DNA of 64,000 nt from Firmicutes bacterium CAG:321_26_22 (GTDB lineage: Bacteria; Bacillota_I; Bacilli_A; RF39; UBA660). The stretch is taken from contig MNTB01000032.1 in the NCBI GenBank assembly GCA_001916775.1, positions 12,108 to 76,107 on the forward strand, given 5' to 3'. The notes below the pieces were generated by a model, which saw nothing but the letters and a program-made list of their open reading frames with translations, was not told the origin of the DNA and did not search any database. Within the stretch, counting starts at the first letter, position 1, and every line of letters starts with the position of its first letter. This document shows, in pieces, positions 1 to 10,758 of this stretch. Both the position numbers and the translations under genes were made by a program.

Positions 1-188
1 TTGATACTTGTTCATCTTTAAAAAGTTTAGATATTAGAAATGCTAGTTTGTCTTCAGTTAGTAAAAATACTAGTGCTTTTAATACAGTTAATAGTAATGT
101 TGTAGTGTATGTTAAAAATGATACTGAAAAAGAATTTATTATAAATACTATAAAAAACATCATTTCTGATAATGTAATAGTAGGTTAA
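1..188 (+). CDS. partial CDS (C-terminal end) of a leucine-rich-repeat-like surface protein
   Basis: Open frame from the window start to TAA at 186-188. Translation ...DTCSSLKSLDIRNASLSSVSKNTSAFNTVNSNVVVYVKNDTEKEFIINTIKNIISDNVIVG has LxxLxL spacing typical of BspA-type LRRs. Confidence 0.35.
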   Translation, partial: DTCSSLKSLDIRNASLSSVSKNTSAFNTVNSNVVVYVKNDTEKEFIINTIKNIISDNVIVG

Positions 189-207
189 GAAGATACTAGT
201 TATCTTT

Positions 208-335
208 CTTTTTATTTGGAATTATCTTGGTTAGAAAGTATTTCACCGCGAATATGATATCTTATTATTATTTATTCCTAGACTATAGAATAGGCTAGGA
301 ATGACATGAAAATACTTTGGATTTTCATGGAAGGT
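208..335. repeat. paired-hairpin intergenic repeat, family 1 copy A
   Basis: Hairpin 1 is ATTCCTAG(274-281)/CTAGGAAT(294-301). Hairpin 2 is CATGAAAAT(305-313)/ATTTTCATG(321-329). The left arm tttatttggaattatcttggttagaaagtatttcaccgcgaatatgatatctta is shared with copy C. Confidence 0.6.
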
Positions 336-388
336 AGTATTATTTTAATAAATTTACATAGAATAGATAGGAAATATTTAAAAAATAC

Positions 389-417
389 TTGACTAATATT
401 TTTAAAAATGATATATT
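389..417 (+). promoter_or_regulatory. sigma-A-type promoter for rpsL operon (TTGACT-17-TATATT)
   Basis: TTGACT at 389-394, 17-nt spacer, TATATT at 412-417. It lies ~95 nt upstream of the rpsL RBS. Confidence 0.6.
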
Positions 418-512
418 ATTGTTGCTGGTATTTTTAGGTTTTGTCATGGACAAAACTTATATTAAATATAAAAAATGAAACACCAGGATATGTGTAAGAA
501 AGGAGTGAGAAA

Positions 513-926
513 ATGCCTACAATTCACCAATTAACTAAGAAACCTAGAAGTAAGAAAGTAAGAAAGAGTAAATCTCCAGTATTATTAGTAGGAAAAAATA
601 GTATTCAAAAGAAACAAACTGTACAAGTATCACCTCAAAAAAGAGGAGTATGTACAAGAGTTGGTACTACAACACCTAAGAAACCAAACTCAGCATTAAG
701 AAAATATGCCAGAGTTAGATTATCTAATGGTATGGAAGTTACTTGTTATATTCCAGGAATTGGACATAATTTACAAGAGCACAGCGTTGTTTTAATTAGA
801 GGTGGTAGAGTAAAAGACTTAATCGGTGTTAGATATCACATCATTAGAGGTACTTTAGATACTGCTGGAGTTCAAAATAGAAAACAAGGTAGAAGTAAAT
901 ACGGTGCTAAAAGAGAAAAGAAATAA
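513..926 (+). CDS. rpsL: 30S ribosomal protein S12
   Basis: 137 aa. It carries the [30 protein letters not shown] and [19 protein letters not shown] motifs. RBS AGGAGTGAG precedes the start. Gene order rpsL-rpsG-fusA-tuf. Confidence 0.95.
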   Translation: MPTIHQLTKKPRSKKVRKSKSPVLLVGKNSIQKKQTVQVSPQKRGVCTRVGTTTPKKPNSALRKYARVRLSNGMEVTCYIPGIGHNLQEHSVVLIRGGRVKDLIGVRYHIIRGTLDTAGVQNRKQGRSKYGAKREKK

Positions 927-966
927 TTAAATAATAAATAATATTAATGGAAGGAGGATTTAGACT

Positions 967-1434
967 ATGAGAAAGAGAAGAGCAACTAAAAGAGATGTAT
1001 TAGCAGATCCTATATATAATTCTAAAGTAGTTACTAAATTAGTTAACCACATTATGAAAGATGGTAAAAAAGGTACTGCACAAAACATTATATATGATGC
1101 TTTTGATATAGTTAAAGAAAAGACTGGCGAAGAGGCTATGGTAGTATTTGAAAAGGCTATGAATAATATTAAACCTGCTCTTGAAGTTAAATCAAGAAGA
1201 GTTGGTGGAGCTAACTACCAAGTACCAGTTGAAGTTAAACCTGATAGAGCTCAAGCTTTAGCATTTAGATGGCTAGCTCAATATGCAAGACTTAGAAATG
1301 GTCATTCTATGGCTGAAAATCTTGCTAATGAAATTATTGATGCTTCAAATGGAACTGGTGCATCAGTTAAGAAGAAAGAAGATACACATAAGATGGCAGA
1401 AGCTAATAAAGCATTTGCTCATTATAGATGGTAA
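967..1434 (+). CDS. rpsG: 30S ribosomal protein S7
   Basis: 155 aa with the [23 protein letters not shown]7 signature. RBS GGAAGGAGG upstream. Confidence 0.95.
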   Translation: MRKRRATKRDVLADPIYNSKVVTKLVNHIMKDGKKGTAQNIIYDAFDIVKEKTGEEAMVVFEKAMNNIKPALEVKSRRVGGANYQVPVEVKPDRAQALAFRWLAQYARLRNGHSMAENLANEIIDASNGTGASVKKKEDTHKMAEANKAFAHYRW

Positions 1435-1475
1435 TTATTACTGTAATAAATTAATAAATGAAAGGAAAATGAATT

Positions 1476-3548
1476 ATGGCTCGTGAAATAAGCTTAGAAC
1501 ATACAAGAAACATTGGAATCATGGCCCATATTGATGCAGGTAAAACTACTTGTACTGAAAGAATATTGTTCCATACTCATAAGATACATAAAATCGGTGA
1601 AACACACGATGGTGCATCGCAAATGGACTGGATGGAACAAGAGCAAGAGAGAGGTATTACTATTACTAGTGCCGCTACTACTGCATTCTGGAAGGGTTAT
1701 AGATTTAATATAATTGATACTCCAGGACACGTTGACTTTACTATTGAAGTTCAAAGAAGCCTTAGAGTACTTGATGGTGCTGTTTTACTTATTGATGCTC
1801 AAGCAGGTGTTGAACCTCAAAGTGAAACAGTATGGAGACAAGCAAATGAATATGGTGTACCTAGAATTATCTTTGCTAATAAGATGGATAAAATGGGAGC
1901 TGATTTCTATTTTAGTTTAGGTACTATTAAAGATAGATTAGGAGCAAATACTGCTGCTATGGAACTTCCTATTGGAGCTGAATCTGATTTTAATGGTGTA
2001 ATTGATCTAGTTACTATGAAAGCATATCACTTTGATGGTAAACAAGCTGAAGATTATACTGAGATTGAGATTCCTGAAGATATGAAGGATAAAGCAGCTG
2101 AATATAGAAATATATTAATTGAAGCTGCTGCTGATTTTGATGAAGATTTAATGATGAAATATTTAGATGGTGAAGAAATAGGTGTTAGTGAACTTAAGAA
2201 AGCTATCAGAAAGGGTGTATTAAAGGCAGAATTCTTCCCTGTTATGTGTGGAACTGCTTTAGGTAACATGGGTATTAAGTTACTACTTGATGCTGTTGTT
2301 GATTATTTACCTGCTCCTACTGATGTTGAGGCTATTGAGTGTACTGATATGAAAGGAAATGTAGTACTTAGACATCCATCTGATTCTGAACCATTTACTG
2401 CATTAGCATTTAAGATTGCTACTGATCCATTCGTAGGAAGACTTACTTTCTTTAGAGTATATTCTGGTACTTTAAAGAGTGGTTCTTATGTACTTAACTC
2501 TACTAAAGATGTTAAGGAAAGAATTGGTAGAATACTACTAATGCACGCTAATCATAGAGAAGAGATTCCAGAGATATATGCTGGTGAAATTGGAGCTGCT
2601 GTAGGTCTTAAGAATACTACAACTGCTGATACTCTATGTGATGAGAAGAAACCTGTTATCATGAAAGGTATGGAATTCCCTGAACCAGTTATTACTCAGG
2701 CTGTTGAACCTAAAACTAAAGCAGACCAAGAAAAGATGGGTATTGCCCTTCAAAAACTTGCTGAAGAAGATCCAACATTTAGAATGCATACTGATCCTGA
2801 AACTGGTCAAACTACTATCTCTGGTATGGGTGAGTTACACCTTGATATTATCGTAGATAGAATGAGAAGAGAATTTAATGTTGAAGCTACTGTTGGTGCT
2901 CCAATGGTTGCTTATAGAGAAACTATTACACAAACTGGTGAGTGTGAAGGTAAACATATTAAACAATCTGGTGGACGTGGACAATATGGACATGTTTGGA
3001 TTAGATTTGAACCAAATCCTGAGAAAGGTTATGAATTTGTTGATAACATTGTTGGTGGTGTTGTTCCTCGTGAATACATCTCAGTTATTGATAAAGGATT
3101 ACAAGATGCTATGCAAACTGGTATTCTAGCAGGATACCCTATGGTAGATGTTAAGGCTACATTATTTGATGGATCTTACCATGATGTAGACTCATCTGAA
3201 ATGGCGTTTAAGATTGCAGCATCACTTGCTTTAAAAGAAGCTAAAAACAAATGTAAACCTGTACTACTTGAACCAATAATGAAAGTAGTAGTTACTGCTC
3301 CAGATGAATATACTGGTGCTGTAATTGGTGACTTAACTGCAAGACGTGGTAAACCACAAGGACAAGAATCAAGAGGAAATGCTATTGCATTTACTGCGAT
3401 GGTACCACTTGCTGAAATGTTTGGTTATGCTACTAGTTTAAGAAGTTCTACTCAAGGTAGAGGTAACTATGTAATGGAACTTGACCATTATGAAGAAGTT
3501 CCAAAATCAATTGCTGATGAAATCATCAAAAAAAATGGTGGAAATTAG
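1476..3548 (+). CDS. fusA: translation elongation factor G
   Basis: 690 aa. G-domain motifs [17 protein letters not shown] and NKMD are present. Conserved gene order after rpsG. Confidence 0.97.
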   Translation: MAREISLEHTRNIGIMAHIDAGKTTCTERILFHTHKIHKIGETHDGASQMDWMEQEQERGITITSAATTAFWKGYRFNIIDTPGHVDFTIEVQRSLRVLDGAVLLIDAQAGVEPQSETVWRQANEYGVPRIIFANKMDKMGADFYFSLGTIKDRLGANTAAMELPIGAESDFNGVIDLVTMKAYHFDGKQAEDYTEIEIPEDMKDKAAEYRNILIEAAADFDEDLMMKYLDGEEIGVSELKKAIRKGVLKAEFFPVMCGTALGNMGIKLLLDAVVDYLPAPTDVEAIECTDMKGNVVLRHPSDSEPFTALAFKIATDPFVGRLTFFRVYSGTLKSGSYVLNSTKDVKERIGRILLMHANHREEIPEIYAGEIGAAVGLKNTTTADTLCDEKKPVIMKGMEFPEPVITQAVEPKTKADQEKMGIALQKLAEEDPTFRMHTDPETGQTTISGMGELHLDIIVDRMRREFNVEATVGAPMVAYRETITQTGECEGKHIKQSGGRGQYGHVWIRFEPNPEKGYEFVDNIVGGVVPREYISVIDKGLQDAMQTGILAGYPMVDVKATLFDGSYHDVDSSEMAFKIAASLALKEAKNKCKPVLLEPIMKVVVTAPDEYTGAVIGDLTARRGKPQGQESRGNAIAFTAMVPLAEMFGYATSLRSSTQGRGNYVMELDHYEEVPKSIADEIIKKNGGN

Positions 3549-3621
3549 TAAAAACACTTGAAAAAATACAATAATATGATAAAATATATATTGTAATATT
3601 AAAGAAAGAGAGGAAATTAAA

Positions 3622-4806
3622 ATGGCAAAAGCTAAATTTGATCGTTCAAAACCACACGTTAACATTGGTACAATTGGCCACGTTGACCATGGTAAAACAA
3701 CATTAACTGCCGCTATTACAAAAGTTTTAGCAGCTAAAGGTGGAGCTGAATTTATGGATTATGCAAATATCGATAAAGCTCCAGAAGAAAGAGAAAGAGG
3801 TATTACAATCAACACTGCACACGTTGAATACCAAACTGATAAGAGACACTATGCTCACGTTGACTGTCCAGGACACGCAGACTATGTTAAAAACATGATT
3901 ACTGGTGCTGCTCAAATGGATGGAGCAATCCTAGTTATTGCTGCAACTGATGGTCCTATGGCTCAAACAAGAGAGCACATCTTACTTGCTAGACAAGTTG
4001 GTGTACCTAGAATGGTTGTATTCTTAAATAAATGTGATATGGTTGATGATGAAGAGTTATTAGACCTAGTTGAAATGGAAGTAAGAGAATTACTTACTGA
4101 ATATGGATTTGATGGAGACAATACTCCAATCATTAGAGGTTCTGCTCTTAAAGCTCTTGAAGGAGATCCTAAGTATGTTAAGGCTATTGAAGACTTAATG
4201 GATGCTGTTGATGAATGGATTCCAACTCCTGAAAGAGATAATGACAAACCATTCTTAATGTCAATTGAAGACGTATTTACTATTACTGGTAGAGGAACAG
4301 TTGTTACTGGTAGAGTTGAAAGAGGACAATTAAAACTTAATGATGAAGTTGAAATCGTTGGTTTAAAAGATACTAAGAAAACAGTAGTTACTGGTATTGA
4401 AATGTTTAGAAAACAACTTGACTATGCTGAAGCTGGAGATAATGCTGGTGTATTATTAAGAGGAATCGACAGAAGTGAAGTTGAAAGAGGACAAGTTCTT
4501 GCTAAACCTGGAACAGTTCATCCACATAAAAAATTCAAAGCACAAGTTTATGTACTTTCTAAAGAAGAAGGTGGAAGACATACTCCATTCTTTACAAACT
4601 ACAGACCTCAATTCTATTTCAGAACTACTGACGTTACTGGTGTAGTTACATTACCAGAAGGAACTGAAATGGTTATGCCTGGTGACAATGTTACTATGAC
4701 AGTTGAATTAATTGCTCCAATCGCAGTTGAAAATGGTACTAAATTCTCTATTAGAGAAGGTGGACACACTGTTGGTGCTGGATCAGTTACTGAAATTATT
4801 GAATAA
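3622..4806 (+). CDS. tuf: translation elongation factor Tu
   Basis: 394 aa. Motifs [23 protein letters not shown] and NKCD are present. Strong RBS AGAGAGGAAA upstream. Confidence 0.97.
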   Translation: MAKAKFDRSKPHVNIGTIGHVDHGKTTLTAAITKVLAAKGGAEFMDYANIDKAPEERERGITINTAHVEYQTDKRHYAHVDCPGHADYVKNMITGAAQMDGAILVIAATDGPMAQTREHILLARQVGVPRMVVFLNKCDMVDDEELLDLVEMEVRELLTEYGFDGDNTPIIRGSALKALEGDPKYVKAIEDLMDAVDEWIPTPERDNDKPFLMSIEDVFTITGRGTVVTGRVERGQLKLNDEVEIVGLKDTKKTVVTGIEMFRKQLDYAEAGDNAGVLLRGIDRSEVERGQVLAKPGTVHPHKKFKAQVYVLSKEEGGRHTPFFTNYRPQFYFRTTDVTGVVTLPEGTEMVMPGDNVTMTVELIAPIAVENGTKFSIREGGHTVGAGSVTEIIE

Positions 4807-4811
4807 TTAAA

Positions 4812-4840
4812 TTAAAGATACTCGTTTGAGTGTCTTTTTT
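4812..4840 (+). terminator. rho-independent terminator after tuf
   Basis: Hairpin AGATACTC-gttt-GAGTGTCT followed by TTTTTTCTT, immediately after the tuf stop. Confidence 0.6.
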
Positions 4841-4932
4841 CTTGCCATTTCAACCATAAACAAGTTTATGTTTTCCATGGTATGAACAAGCCTTGTTGTC
4901 TTGTTCATAACGATAATATTTTAACTCTTTTA

Positions 4933-5030
4933 GTTATTCACCCCGAATATGATAGGTCTACTGAGACTCCAATATAGACTAAGAATTAGGCTTGATTGGA
5001 CATGAAAATACCTTGGATTTTCATGAAAGG
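4933..5030. repeat. paired-hairpin intergenic repeat, family 1 copy B (partial)
   Basis: Shares ttcaccccgaatatgata with copies A and C. Hairpin 2 gacatgaaaataccttggattttcatg is near-identical to copy A. It ends 12 nt before the ileS promoter -35. Confidence 0.55.
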
Positions 5031-5041
5031 TGAAAAAAATA

Positions 5042-5070
5042 TTGACAAGTAAATAAAATTGACATATAAT
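5042..5070 (+). promoter_or_regulatory. sigma-A-type promoter of ileS leader (TTGACA-17-TATAAT)
   Basis: Consensus hexamers TTGACA 5042-5047 and TATAAT 5065-5070 with a 17-nt spacer. Confidence 0.7.
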
Positions 5071-5300
5071 AAGTTTAGTTAAAACAAAGGAAAGAGACGG
5101 TATAGTAAAATAGTTGTAGAGAGCTAATGGTTGGTGAAAATTAGTATGATGGTTACTATATAGATCACTCTTGATGTGTTTTTCTGAATATTTTAGGAAA
5201 AACCGGAAGTAGATTCCGTTATCAAAAAGAGAGCACTTAAGTGAAGTAAGGTGGTACCGCGGTTGTTCGTCCTTATAAGCTAGTGCTTTTTTGTTTTATA
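5071..5300 (+). promoter_or_regulatory. T-box riboswitch leader (Ile-specific) controlling ileS
   Basis: Conserved T-box sequence AAGGTGGTACCGCGG at 5249-5263. A terminator hairpin plus U-run (gcttttttg) follows near 5270-5293. A candidate ATC specifier sits in tagATCactc. An aminoacyl-tRNA synthetase gene is directly downstream. Confidence 0.8.
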
Positions 5301-5322
5301 AAATAGAAAGAAGGAAAGAAAG

Positions 5323-8022
5323 ATGAATTATAAAGAGACATTGTTAATGCCAGAGACAAGTTTTCAAATGCGTGGAAACTTACCAGAAAATGAAAAATTA
5401 CAAAGAGAAAAATGGGAGGAAATGGACTTATATAATAAAGTAAGAGAAAAGAATAAAGGTAAAACACCATTTATCTTACATGATGGTCCTCCATATGCTA
5501 ATGGTAATATTCATATAGGTCATGCTATGAATAAGATTTTAAAAGATTTTGTTAATAGATATAAGATGATGAGTGGATATGATATGATTTATATTCCTGG
5601 TTGGGATACACATGGTCTTCCTATTGAACAAGCTGTTACTAATAGTGGAATAGATAGAAAGAGTATGGGTAAAGCTGATTTTAGAGCTTTATGTGAAAAG
5701 TATGCTTATGAACAAATAGAAAAACAAATGAGTGGTTTTAAAGAACTTAATGTTTTAGCGGATTGGGCTCATCCTTATATTACTTTACAAAAAGAAATGG
5801 AAGCTAGACAAATAGAAGTATTTGCTGAAATGGCTAAGAAAGGATTAATCTTTAAGGGATTAAAACCAGTATACTGGAGTCCATCTTCAGAGTCCGCTCT
5901 TGCTGAGGCGGAAATTGAATATCATGATCGTAAAGATCCTTCTATCTTTGTTGCTTTTCCAGTAGTTGAAGGTAATGATAAAGTAAAAGAAGGAGATAAT
6001 CTAGTAATATGGACTACTACTCCTTGGACACTTCCTTGTAATACTGGTATTGCTATTAGTGATAAATTTGATTATGCTAAAGTATTAGTAGGAGATAAAT
6101 ACTATATTGTAGCAAATGAATTACTTGATTCATTAGCAAAAGAATTTAATTGGGAAAACTACGAAGTAGTAGATGTTTTCTCCGGTAGTGAATTTAAAGG
6201 CGTTAAATATAAACATGTATTTATGGATAGAATTGCTCCAGTAGTAGATGGTTTCCATGTTACATTAGATGCTGGTACTGGTCTAGTACATATTGCTCCG
6301 ATGTATGGTGCTGATGACTTTATTATTGGTAAAGAATATGGCTTAGAAATGGTAAATGGTATCGATGATCAAGGTGTATTAAATGAATTATCTGGTCCAT
6401 TTAATGGTTTATTCTTTGAAGATGCTAATAAAGCGGTTACTGTTAAGTTAGAAGAACTAGGCGTACTTTTAAAATTAAAGTTTATTACTCACTCATATCC
6501 ACATGACTGGAGAACTAAGAAACCTATTATCTTTAGAGCTACTAAACAATGGTTCTGTAGTATTGATAAGATTAGAGATGAATTACTTAATGAACTTGAA
6601 AATAATGTTAAATTCCATACTGAATGGGGTAAAAAGAGATTATATAACATGATTCATGATAGAGGAGACTGGTGTATTTCTAGACAAAGAGTATGGGGAG
6701 TACCAATTCCTATCTTCTATAACGAAGATGGTAGTGAAATTGTCGACTATGATGTCATGATGCATGTCGCAGACCTATTTAGAAAATATGGTTCAAATAT
6801 CTGGTTTGAGAAAGAAGCTAAAGACCTTCTACCAGAAGGATATACAAATCCTGCTAGTCCAAATGGTAACTTTACTAAAGAAGAAGATATCATGGATGTA
6901 TGGTTTGATTCAGGTTCTACTTGGAATGGTGTATTAATAGAACAAGGATTACCATATCCATCAGATATGTATCTAGAAGGATCAGACCAATATCGTGGAT
7001 GGTTCAATAGTTCATTAATCTGCGGAGTAGCAGTAACAGGTAAAGCACCATATAAAGAATTAGTATCTCATGGCTTTACTTTAGATGGTAATGGAAATAA
7101 AATGAGTAAGAGTCTTGGTAATGTAATAGTACCAGCAGATATGGTAAGATTACATGGATCAGATATCTTAAGATTATGGGTTGCTTCAACTGATTATACT
7201 GAAGATGTAAGAATTAGTGATGATTTAATTAAACAAGTAAAAGAAAGTTATCGTAAGATTAGAAATACTTATAAGTTTATGTTAGGAAACTTAAAAGACT
7301 TTAATTATACTAAAGATAGTGTTAAATACGAAGATATGCCATACTATGATAAATATATGATGAATGAATTAAATAAATTTACTAAGAATGTTCTAGAAGA
7401 ATATAATAATTATAACTTCCAAAACGTATATAAATTAGTTAATAACTTTGTATCATTCACATTATCAAACTTCTATCTAGACTTTACTAAAGATATTCTA
7501 TATATCGAAAAAGCAGATTCCCTAGTAAGAAGAAGTGTACAAACAGTACTATATAACATTCTAAATAATGAAGTTAAATTACTTGCTCCTATTCTTCCAT
7601 ATACTAGTGAAGAAGTATATAGTTTACTTCCACATACTGAAGAATCAGTACATCTAACAGATATGCCAGAAGTAGTAACATACTCTGATAGTACTGAAGT
7701 AGAAGAATTATTTAACTTATTCTTTGAACTAAAAGATAAAGTAAATAAAAAACTAGAAGAAGCAAGAAATGAAAAACTAATAGGATCTGCTCTAGAAGCC
7801 GTAGTTAAGATTAAATTAGATCCAAAATATAATGAAGTAAAAGAAAAATTAGGTTCTTACTTACATCAATTATTTATTGTATCTAAAGTAGAATATACTA
7901 CCGATGGAGAAGAAGTAGTAGTAGAAAAGAGTACTGGTGAAAAATGTAATAGATGCTGGAACTATGTTGATCACTTAAATGGTGATATCTGCGATAGATG
8001 TCATAATATTATAAATAGTTAA
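5323..8022 (+). CDS. ileS: isoleucyl-tRNA synthetase
   Basis: 899 aa. Class I motifs HIGH (PYANGNIHIGH) and KMSKS (NKMSKSLGN) are present. C-terminal Zn-binding CNRCW...CDRC. Confidence 0.95.
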   Translation: MNYKETLLMPETSFQMRGNLPENEKLQREKWEEMDLYNKVREKNKGKTPFILHDGPPYANGNIHIGHAMNKILKDFVNRYKMMSGYDMIYIPGWDTHGLPIEQAVTNSGIDRKSMGKADFRALCEKYAYEQIEKQMSGFKELNVLADWAHPYITLQKEMEARQIEVFAEMAKKGLIFKGLKPVYWSPSSESALAEAEIEYHDRKDPSIFVAFPVVEGNDKVKEGDNLVIWTTTPWTLPCNTGIAISDKFDYAKVLVGDKYYIVANELLDSLAKEFNWENYEVVDVFSGSEFKGVKYKHVFMDRIAPVVDGFHVTLDAGTGLVHIAPMYGADDFIIGKEYGLEMVNGIDDQGVLNELSGPFNGLFFEDANKAVTVKLEELGVLLKLKFITHSYPHDWRTKKPIIFRATKQWFCSIDKIRDELLNELENNVKFHTEWGKKRLYNMIHDRGDWCISRQRVWGVPIPIFYNEDGSEIVDYDVMMHVADLFRKYGSNIWFEKEAKDLLPEGYTNPASPNGNFTKEEDIMDVWFDSGSTWNGVLIEQGLPYPSDMYLEGSDQYRGWFNSSLICGVAVTGKAPYKELVSHGFTLDGNGNKMSKSLGNVIVPADMVRLHGSDILRLWVASTDYTEDVRISDDLIKQVKESYRKIRNTYKFMLGNLKDFNYTKDSVKYEDMPYYDKYMMNELNKFTKNVLEEYNNYNFQNVYKLVNNFVSFTLSNFYLDFTKDILYIEKADSLVRRSVQTVLYNILNNEVKLLAPILPYTSEEVYSLLPHTEESVHLTDMPEVVTYSDSTEVEELFNLFFELKDKVNKKLEEARNEKLIGSALEAVVKIKLDPKYNEVKEKLGSYLHQLFIVSKVEYTTDGEEVVVEKSTGEKCNRCWNYVDHLNGDICDRCHNIINS

Positions 8023-8036
8023 TAGAATATATATAA

Positions 8037-8064
8037 GCAGTATCAAAAATGATACTGCTTTTTT
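8037..8064 (+). terminator. rho-independent terminator after ileS
   Basis: GCAGTATC-aaaaat-GATACTGC followed by TTTTTTC. Confidence 0.7.
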
Positions 8065-8075
8065 CGGGAGGAAAC

Positions 8076-8741
8076 ATGATAAATGAATATAATTATGAAG
8101 TACTTAGTAGAGAAGAATTAGAAAGAAATTTTAAGTTAATGAAAGATAATAATATAGAGGTAAGAGAAACAATAATATTACATAATATTAAATTAGTCTT
8201 CTATAGATATTATAAAAGATTTAGTAATACTAATATGAATATGGAAGATATTGTTGCATATGGTATGATTGGACTTATAAAGGCAGTGGATACTTTTAGA
8301 CTAGATAAAAAATGTACTTTTACTACATATGCTAGTAAATGTATTGATAATGAGATACTTATGTATATTAGAAGAGAATCTTATAGATATGTTTATTTAG
8401 ATGATACAATAGGAGAAGATGATCTCACTTTTAATGATTTAATTATTGATCCTTCGATAGATATAGAAGGGGATTATATGGATAAGGAAGAAATAAAAGG
8501 TATAAATGATGTAATTAATTTATTAAATAGTAAAGATAAATGTTTATTTAATTTGTATTTTAGAGATGGTTATTCACAAATAGAAATATCGAATATATTA
8601 GGGGTATCACAATCTTATATATCAAGAAGAATTAAATTGTTAGTGGATAAATTAGAAAAATTATTATATCAAAAAGGTATAATAGTTAAATCTAAAGTTA
8701 AAACTAAATCTATTGGATATAATAAAAAAATTGTTGTGTAA
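8076..8741 (+). CDS. sporulation-type RNA polymerase sigma factor (SigE/SigK/SigG family)
   Basis: Region 2 IILHNIKLVFYRYYKRF...DIVAYGMIGLIKAVDTF and CIDNEILMYIRR resemble SigK/SigE (CIENEILMHLR). Region 4 HTH is ISNILGVSQSYISRRIKL. The ORF-track start at 8049 lies inside the ileS terminator, so ATG 8076 after GGGAGG is preferred. Confidence 0.8.
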   Translation: MINEYNYEVLSREELERNFKLMKDNNIEVRETIILHNIKLVFYRYYKRFSNTNMNMEDIVAYGMIGLIKAVDTFRLDKKCTFTTYASKCIDNEILMYIRRESYRYVYLDDTIGEDDLTFNDLIIDPSIDIEGDYMDKEEIKGINDVINLLNSKDKCLFNLYFRDGYSQIEISNILGVSQSYISRRIKLLVDKLEKLLYQKGIIVKSKVKTKSIGYNKKIVV

Positions 8742-8812
8742 AATTTATGTAAAGACTATTGCATTTATAATTAATATGTTATATTCTTATATCATAAGGG
8801 AGTGTGATAATA

Positions 8813-9013
8813 GTGATTTATCCATCAATTGATAAAATTTTAAATATTGTTGATTCTAAATATGCTTTAGTATACGTTGTATCAGATAGGGCAAAACAAA
8901 TGACAAAGACTGGCTACTACCAAAAGCCTATAAAAGAATATAAATGTAAGAAAAATATTGGTAGAGCTCTAGAAGAAGTATATGATGGATTAATTCATAT
9001 TGAGAAACATTAA
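8813..9013 (+). CDS. rpoZ: DNA-directed RNA polymerase subunit omega
   Basis: PSIDKILNIVDSKYALVYVVSDRAKQM...GRALEEVYDGLIHIEK aligns closely with B. subtilis RpoZ ([27 protein letters not shown]...GKALEEIDAGLL). GTG start at 8813 has good spacing from RBS AAGGGAG. Confidence 0.75.
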   Translation: MIYPSIDKILNIVDSKYALVYVVSDRAKQMTKTGYYQKPIKEYKCKKNIGRALEEVYDGLIHIEKH

Positions 9014-9074
9014 GTTTCTCAATTTTTTTCTTGAAAAAGAAGTGAAATTAATGTATACTAGATATAGAATGTGA

Positions 9075-10016
9075 GTGATTTATATGTATATTTTATTAGA
9101 GGCTTGTCAACATCCTGGGGTATTGAGAGTTATATATTTTGCATCTCTTATTTTAGATATAGTCTTTACAGTTCTTCCAATAGGACTTATAGTAATGTTA
9201 CTTATTGATTTTAGTAAGGCAGTAATAGTTAGTGATGAGAAGACCGTTAAGGGAACTAAAATAGTTATACAAAGAATAATTAATGCCATGATTGTATTTT
9301 GTATACCATGGATAGTTAGTGTATTTATGTCTTTACTTAATGGTGCTGGATTAGGTGAAGGTTATACTGAATGTTTAGAGAATGCTAGAAGTGGTAATCT
9401 TGATTATTATGATAAACTTCTTGAGGCAGAGGAAAATAATAAAGGAAATGTTAGTAAAAATGATAATACTCCTAATACACCGACTTCTAGTGCTGCGGAT
9501 AGATTAATACAAGTAGCAGCAAAAGAGATTGGTAATAATAATAATAATGGTACTTATGGTAATTCTACTGATGAATGGTGTCAACAGTTTACTAGATGGG
9601 CATTAAAAAAAGTAAATTTACCCGCTAATGCAACTATCTTTAGTTATTTGCAACTTAATACTGATAGTAATATTAGTGGTGATGGTGCTAGTGCAATGTG
9701 GCCAGCATTTAGATCAAGTAAAAATAAAACCTTTAAATTTAATAACTCCAAGGCTTATGGTGGAAGTTATACTCCTAAAAAAGGAGATATTATATGGTAT
9801 CAGTGGTCTGATGGTGATTGTAGAAGTGAGTATGGTAAATGGAATGGAATGCAATGTGCCGATCACGTTGGTATAGTTGAATACGTTGAAGGTGGTAGTG
9901 TTCATACTATTGAAGGAAATACTAGTAGCAAAGATTATCCTAACCAAAGGGTTGTTGCTAGAAAAGAAAAAGAATTAGACAGCGATGAAATTGTAGCTTA
10001 TGGTGCATGGTATTAA
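9075..10016 (+). CDS. membrane-anchored CHAP-domain cell-wall hydrolase
   Basis: N-terminal TM helices and an N/S/T-rich linker. C-terminal CHAP domain with the Cys in NSTDEWCQQFTRWAL and the His in CADHVGIVEY. Confidence 0.65.
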   Translation: MIYMYILLEACQHPGVLRVIYFASLILDIVFTVLPIGLIVMLLIDFSKAVIVSDEKTVKGTKIVIQRIINAMIVFCIPWIVSVFMSLLNGAGLGEGYTECLENARSGNLDYYDKLLEAEENNKGNVSKNDNTPNTPTSSAADRLIQVAAKEIGNNNNNGTYGNSTDEWCQQFTRWALKKVNLPANATIFSYLQLNTDSNISGDGASAMWPAFRSSKNKTFKFNNSKAYGGSYTPKKGDIIWYQWSDGDCRSEYGKWNGMQCADHVGIVEYVEGGSVHTIEGNTSSKDYPNQRVVARKEKELDSDEIVAYGAWY

Positions 10017-10030
10017 GAGGGGTGATATAA

Positions 10031-10684
10031 ATGAAAAAAAGAATAATAGTGTTACTATTTGGGGTGCTTCTTTTAACTGGATGTACTGCTGATTATAATT
10101 TGGAAATAGATAATAATTTATTAAAAGAAGAGATTACTGGTATGGTATCTAAGAACGAATTAAATGAAAATAATTCTGAGGCTCCTAATACGGTAAGTAG
10201 CTTAATTAATGAAGAACAATATCCTTTTGCTAATAGTACTGAAATATATGATAAAAAATTAAATGAAGATGGTAATAATATTAATTATAAATATAGTTTT
10301 AATTATGATATGACTAACTTTGATAAGTCTTCATTAATTAATACATGCTTTGAAAATCATGAGATAGTTGATTTAGGTAATTATTATAGTATAAAGTTAA
10401 GTGGAGAATTTTATTGTTTATATGCTAAAAATATTAATGTTAATGTTACTAGTAATTTGAATGTTATATCTAATAATGCTAAAAAGGTAAAAGATAATAC
10501 TTATACTTGGGTTATTAATAAAGATACTACGAATATTGAATTTGTGGTAGATAAGACTAAACCTTTTACTAAGAATAATAAGAAAGGTAGTAGTACTTTT
10601 AGAATTATATCTTTTGTTATCTTGATGGTATTATCTGGAATAACTTATTTGTTATATAAAAAGAAAAGTAATAACGAAATTTAA
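10031..10684 (+). CDS. lipoprotein with C-terminal membrane anchor (hypothetical)
   Basis: Signal peptide with lipobox LLTGC, then a C-terminal hydrophobic helix followed by KKKSNNEI. Confidence 0.55.
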   Translation: MKKRIIVLLFGVLLLTGCTADYNLEIDNNLLKEEITGMVSKNELNENNSEAPNTVSSLINEEQYPFANSTEIYDKKLNEDGNNINYKYSFNYDMTNFDKSSLINTCFENHEIVDLGNYYSIKLSGEFYCLYAKNINVNVTSNLNVISNNAKKVKDNTYTWVINKDTTNIEFVVDKTKPFTKNNKKGSSTFRIISFVILMVLSGITYLLYKKKSNNEI

Positions 10685-10758
10685 GTTATTACTTTTTGTT
10701 ATTTATTTCTTTTTCTTACATATATATTATTGTAGAAGAAAGGAATGATAAAATAGTT

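Noticed and set aside
1283-1486. Short ORFs overlapping rpsG, fusA, tuf, ileS, nrdD and the large surface gene on alternate frames or strands (for example 1283-1486, 1494-1754, 3727-3915, 3963-4247, 6747-7007, 34215-34580, 35205-35393, 36078-36287, 37033-37224)
   Set aside because: All are embedded in well-supported longer genes, lack an RBS and have biased low-complexity translations typical of off-frame reading of AT-rich coding DNA.
8049-8075. Longer N-terminal extension of the sigma-factor gene suggested by the ORF track (start 8049)
   Set aside because: The extension lies inside the ileS terminator hairpin and T-run. ATG 8076 with GGGAGG upstream is the plausible start.
9107-9289. Minus-strand and alternate-frame ORFs within the CHAP-domain gene (9107-9289, 9628-9876, 9714-9947)
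   Set aside because: They overlap a gene with a clear catalytic-domain signature. No RBS and low-complexity translations.
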